From the NCBI GenBank assembly GCA_005222975.1, contig NJBI01000032.1, positions 1 through 40,802 on the forward strand: DNA of 40,802 bases, written 5' to 3'. The first letter of the stretch is position 1. The number at the start of each line of letters is the position of its first letter. The DNA is from Promethearchaeota archaeon Loki_b31. GTDB taxonomy: Archaea; Asgardarchaeota; Lokiarchaeia; Sigyniarchaeales; SOKP01. The notes under the pieces were generated by a model. It saw only the letters and a list, made by a program, of their open reading frames with translations. It did not search any database and was not told where the DNA came from. This document shows positions 37,924 through 40,802 of the stretch, piece after piece. Made by a program: the position numbers and the translations under genes.

Positions 37924-37953
37924 AAACTTAAAAAAATATAAAAATACAAGGAC

Positions 37954-39111
37954 CTATAGGATTGTTTCCAAATCGTCTAATTTTTTTAAAAGCCAACTTT
38001 TAAACTCTTGAAAATTTTCTACTGAAGGTATTGCTTCTATAGTACCTTTTACGCTCTCATTCTTGATGCTTACATTAGGTTTAATCGGTTTATGCAGTGT
38101 ATTACTGCGAGGTTTGTTTTCTTCGTTAATTTCAGGTAAATAAGCAATTGGGATTTTTAACTTTTCGAAAATAATTTGGAAATCTAAAAGATCGTTCTCG
38201 CTCGTTTGAGATTTAGTGTCTATCTTTTGAACCCATTTAGACAAGAAATCGGGAGGAATTCCTTTTTCCCAGTGGTGATTCCGCAAATAATTGTATAGTT
38301 TTTTAGGGTAGAAGAGCTGTTCAACCTCTAAATTAGCGGGATTTACTTTATCAAAGCGATAATCGTGAAGTAATTTTATGAACTCTTGCCCAATTTTCCG
38401 GTTAGTTTTCAAAATATCCTCGTATTCGTAAGAAAAATCTTTTAGCGGTTTAGAAAACTTTTTTTTGGGTATTTTTTTTGGTCTTTCGAATTTGGGTATT
38501 TGGATCTTAAAATATAACTCAGTAAAAGTTAAAATCTTGTCCCAAAAAATCTGATTGTAATCGTGCATAAGTTTGGGGAGATTGTCCGCATTATTGGTGT
38601 TACTATTTAAATCTACGAAAATTTTTGTTGCTACGCTTTTAATTTTAAGAATTTCGTCTAATAATATTTGCTCGTTTTGAGAAGTTTGGATGAGATGTTG
38701 CTCAAAAGACAAATTTATTCTTTCCGGCTCGTAATTGAGAAAGGAATTGTTCTTTTTGTTGTAAAAAATAAACTTATCGCCATCTGCTATATGCTCTATG
38801 TTCTCGTGCGTGTTGATTACGCAGTGGATATTAGGGGATTCCAATAAGATTTTAATATCTTCTATTTTAGAATTCAATATGTAATAAAATGTAGGTTGCT
38901 GAGAATAGGAGCTGCTAGCTTCAAACTCAATAATTTCACGAAGGTTATGTAACACGGTAGAGTCCAAATCAACTACTTCATACCCTACAGTAAAACAATC
39001 TAACGAATGGATATGTTTTAAATCGACATAAGGATATATTACCAAATTTTTTTGCTGAAAGAATAAAATGTTTAAAAATTCTGGTGATATGAAATCGTAT
39101 ATAGTATCCAT
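37954..39111 (-). CDS. Hypothetical protein, third gene of the mglB-mglA operon
   Basis: 385 aa; 30 bp downstream of the GTPase, same strand; purine-rich RBS-like sequence upstream. Confidence 0.75.
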   Translation of the reverse strand: MDTIYDFISPEFLNILFFQQKNLVIYPYVDLKHIHSLDCFTVGYEVVDLDSTVLHNLREIIEFEASSSYSQQPTFYYILNSKIEDIKILLESPNIHCVINTHENIEHIADGDKFIFYNKKNNSFLNYEPERINLSFEQHLIQTSQNEQILLDEILKIKSVATKIFVDLNSNTNNADNLPKLMHDYNQIFWDKILTFTELYFKIQIPKFERPKKIPKKKFSKPLKDFSYEYEDILKTNRKIGQEFIKLLHDYRFDKVNPANLEVEQLFYPKKLYNYLRNHHWEKGIPPDFLSKWVQKIDTKSQTSENDLLDFQIIFEKLKIPIAYLPEINEENKPRSNTLHKPIKPNVSIKNESVKGTIEAIPSVENFQEFKSWLLKKLDDLETIL

Positions 39112-39141
39112 AATTCGCCTAATTCTCCTAAATTGTTGAAT

Positions 39142-39795
39142 TTATCGCTTAAAATAATTAAAAATTATTTGGATAATTAAGTCTTCAAAACATCTCCGAA
39201 CACTATCTCCTTTTAAAGCCACAGTTGGATACACTACTGGCGCTCCATCATCGAATTCGTCAGACTGTGGGAGCCCAAGCCCTGCTTTAAAAGCTTCTAG
39301 GGAAATTGCGTTCTCCAAATCTCTCTTATTTAATTGTATGACATATGGAATCCCTTTATCGTGAGTAAAACTGCTTAATTCTCGAAAACTTCGCTTGTTT
39401 TGTTCCATTTTTTCAGGGTCGGAATCAGCTACGAACACTACGCCGTCAGCTCCATCCAATACATACTCTCGTGTAGATAAAAACCGTTCTTGCCCTGTTG
39501 CCGTAACGATTTGCGTAATAATGTTGAATTTGATCTCTTTAAGATTGAAATAAAACGAAAGGCGAATTGAATCTTGCCATAAGGTTCTGCCATCGGTCGT
39601 TTCTATGGAATATCCCGCATTTAATTTAACTCCGTCGAACTTTTCTCGCAGCCTAAAATAATTGGTTGTCTTACCTGACTCCCCAGGACCCCAGTACACG
39701 ATTTTGAACTGAAGCACCTCTTTTAACGCGTTAAAACCCGATTCACTATTGATTTCTGCTTTTTTTTTTTCATCTTTCTCGGAATCTACAATCAT
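39142..39795 (-). CDS. mglA: MglA-family small GTPase
   Basis: KIVYWGPGESGKTTN, TTDGRTL (intrinsic Arg), TATGQ (MglA-type TxxGQ), GADGVVFVADS, QLNKRDL. Confidence 0.88.
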   Translation of the reverse strand: MIVDSEKDEKKKAEINSESGFNALKEVLQFKIVYWGPGESGKTTNYFRLREKFDGVKLNAGYSIETTDGRTLWQDSIRLSFYFNLKEIKFNIITQIVTATGQERFLSTREYVLDGADGVVFVADSDPEKMEQNKRSFRELSSFTHDKGIPYVIQLNKRDLENAISLEAFKAGLGLPQSDEFDDGAPVVYPTVALKGDSVRRCFEDLIIQIIFNYFKR

Positions 39796-39821
39796 TTTTC
39801 ACGCTACACCTTTTATTATAA

Positions 39822-40355
39822 TTAAGCGGATTGAAACACTTTCTTTTTTAATTCTCGAAGGTATTCTTTTAATTCTCGTTCGGTCATTTGAAGTTTGGTC
39901 ATAATAGTTTGATTTTTAGTGATAGCTTCTTTAATTTTAGTCGAAAATTTTCTCATTTGCAATATAAGTACGCCAATATTAACCATGTTATCGACTAACA
40001 GAACGACAAGAATCTCTCGTTTTCCTTTTTTATGAAGCATTACATCTCCAATTGATTTAACGTAAAGTTGCAAATCTTTATAGATCAAAGTTGCCCTGAT
40101 TAAAGAGTCGGTCTCGAAAAAATCTTGAGCTTGTCTAGCGACTCCGTATAAGGCAGCGCCGATCGAGCTTAAGTCCCAATAATTCAACTTACGATCAAAT
40201 CTAGAGTCGATTGCGATGATCTTTGCGTCTTGGTCAATTGCAATAAGCCCATAAATGTATCCCCTTCTAGTTAACATTCCGTAACTATAACGAATTTCGT
40301 CCAAAACTATTGTTATTTCGTTTTCGTACAACGCTTTGGGAACAAATAAAGTCAT
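39822..40355 (-). CDS. Roadblock/LC7 (MglB-like) protein
   Basis: LIAIDQDAKIIA...LSSIGAALYGVARQA...VNIGVLILQMRKFS roadblock pattern; directly upstream of mglA. Confidence 0.78.
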   Translation of the reverse strand: MTLFVPKALYENEITIVLDEIRYSYGMLTRRGYIYGLIAIDQDAKIIAIDSRFDRKLNYWDLSSIGAALYGVARQAQDFFETDSLIRATLIYKDLQLYVKSIGDVMLHKKGKREILVVLLVDNMVNIGVLILQMRKFSTKIKEAITKNQTIMTKLQMTERELKEYLRELKKKVFQSA

Positions 40356-40490
40356 TTTTTTTCTAACACCTAATAATTTATTGATAGAAAAGAAATAGTC
40401 TTGGATAATTTAAAGGAAAAAATCTAAAAAAAAAATATTGGGTTTAAAAACATAATTCTCGATTATTTGGTAACCTTAACGATTATCATT

Positions 40491-40802
40491 ATGATCGAAT
40501 CGAAGAAAAAAGAATCAGAATCGTTTGAACACATCAAAATAAAGGAGTTTTTTTACGATAACCTCCCACTTGATAACAACGTAAGAATTATTAAACTAGA
40601 ATATCCGATTGGTAATCGAATAGCCGATGTATATTGCAAGCTAGAGAATGGAAAAGAAGTGATAATAGAAATTCAGCATTCAATGATTCTTTCCAAAGAC
40701 TTACTCCAGCGCACTAAAGAATACAACGATCATAATTGCTATGTTTTATGGGTTTTTAACGGGAGTTCTTTTGAGAGACTACCTAAGATCGAAGATAAAA
40801 TC
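40491..40802 (+). CDS. CoiA-like PD-(D/E)xK nuclease (partial, runs off window end)
   Basis: Manual translation: MIESKKKESESFEHIKIK...EYPIGNRIADVY...IIEIQHS...QRTKEY...VLWV. Confidence 0.8.
   Translation, partial: MIESKKKESESFEHIKIKEFFYDNLPLDNNVRIIKLEYPIGNRIADVYCKLENGKEVIIEIQHSMILSKDLLQRTKEYNDHNCYVLWVFNGSSFERLPKIEDKI

Noticed and set aside
1-40802. tRNA/rRNA genes or selenocysteine read-through
   Set aside because: No GC-rich structured island or T-loop consensus seen. The in-frame stops checked in the DUF123 and 32695-32885 relics are TAA, not TGA.

Overview
AT-rich, gene-dense archaeal chromosomal segment, very probably from an Asgard archaeon (Lokiarchaeia-like). That assignment is inferred from the longin, small-GTPase and roadblock proteins, archaeal TATA/GAGG signals and many lineage-type hypotheticals. 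Recognisable housekeeping or metabolic genes: M32 carboxypeptidase, two alpha/beta hydrolases, acyl-CoA ligase, amidase, TrmJ-like methylase, UvrD/PcrA helicase, PhzF, gpmA, acyl-CoA dehydrogenase, GNAT, SAM methyltransferase and a CoiA-like nuclease. No rRNA, tRNA, CRISPR array or transposase was seen. Most notable observations: (1) a two-gene membrane system of three TM + hexapeptide-repeat modules resembling a split poly-lysine-synthetase terminal domain with no adjacent A-T module, divergent from an acyl-CoA dehydrogenase carrying a wHTH tail; (2) a cluster of an atypical longin-GTPase fusion, a HEAT/coiled-coil protein and a longin-Zn protein; (3) an mglB-mglA-unknown operon; (4) a diverged ~70-bp inverted repeat bracketing the helicase, each copy upstream of a wHTH gene; (5) a 9-bp-periodic TATGA array next to an AbrB regulator; (6) three unannotated pseudogene relics and two genes lacking a canonical start. 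All family calls come from motif recognition by eye, not from database searches.
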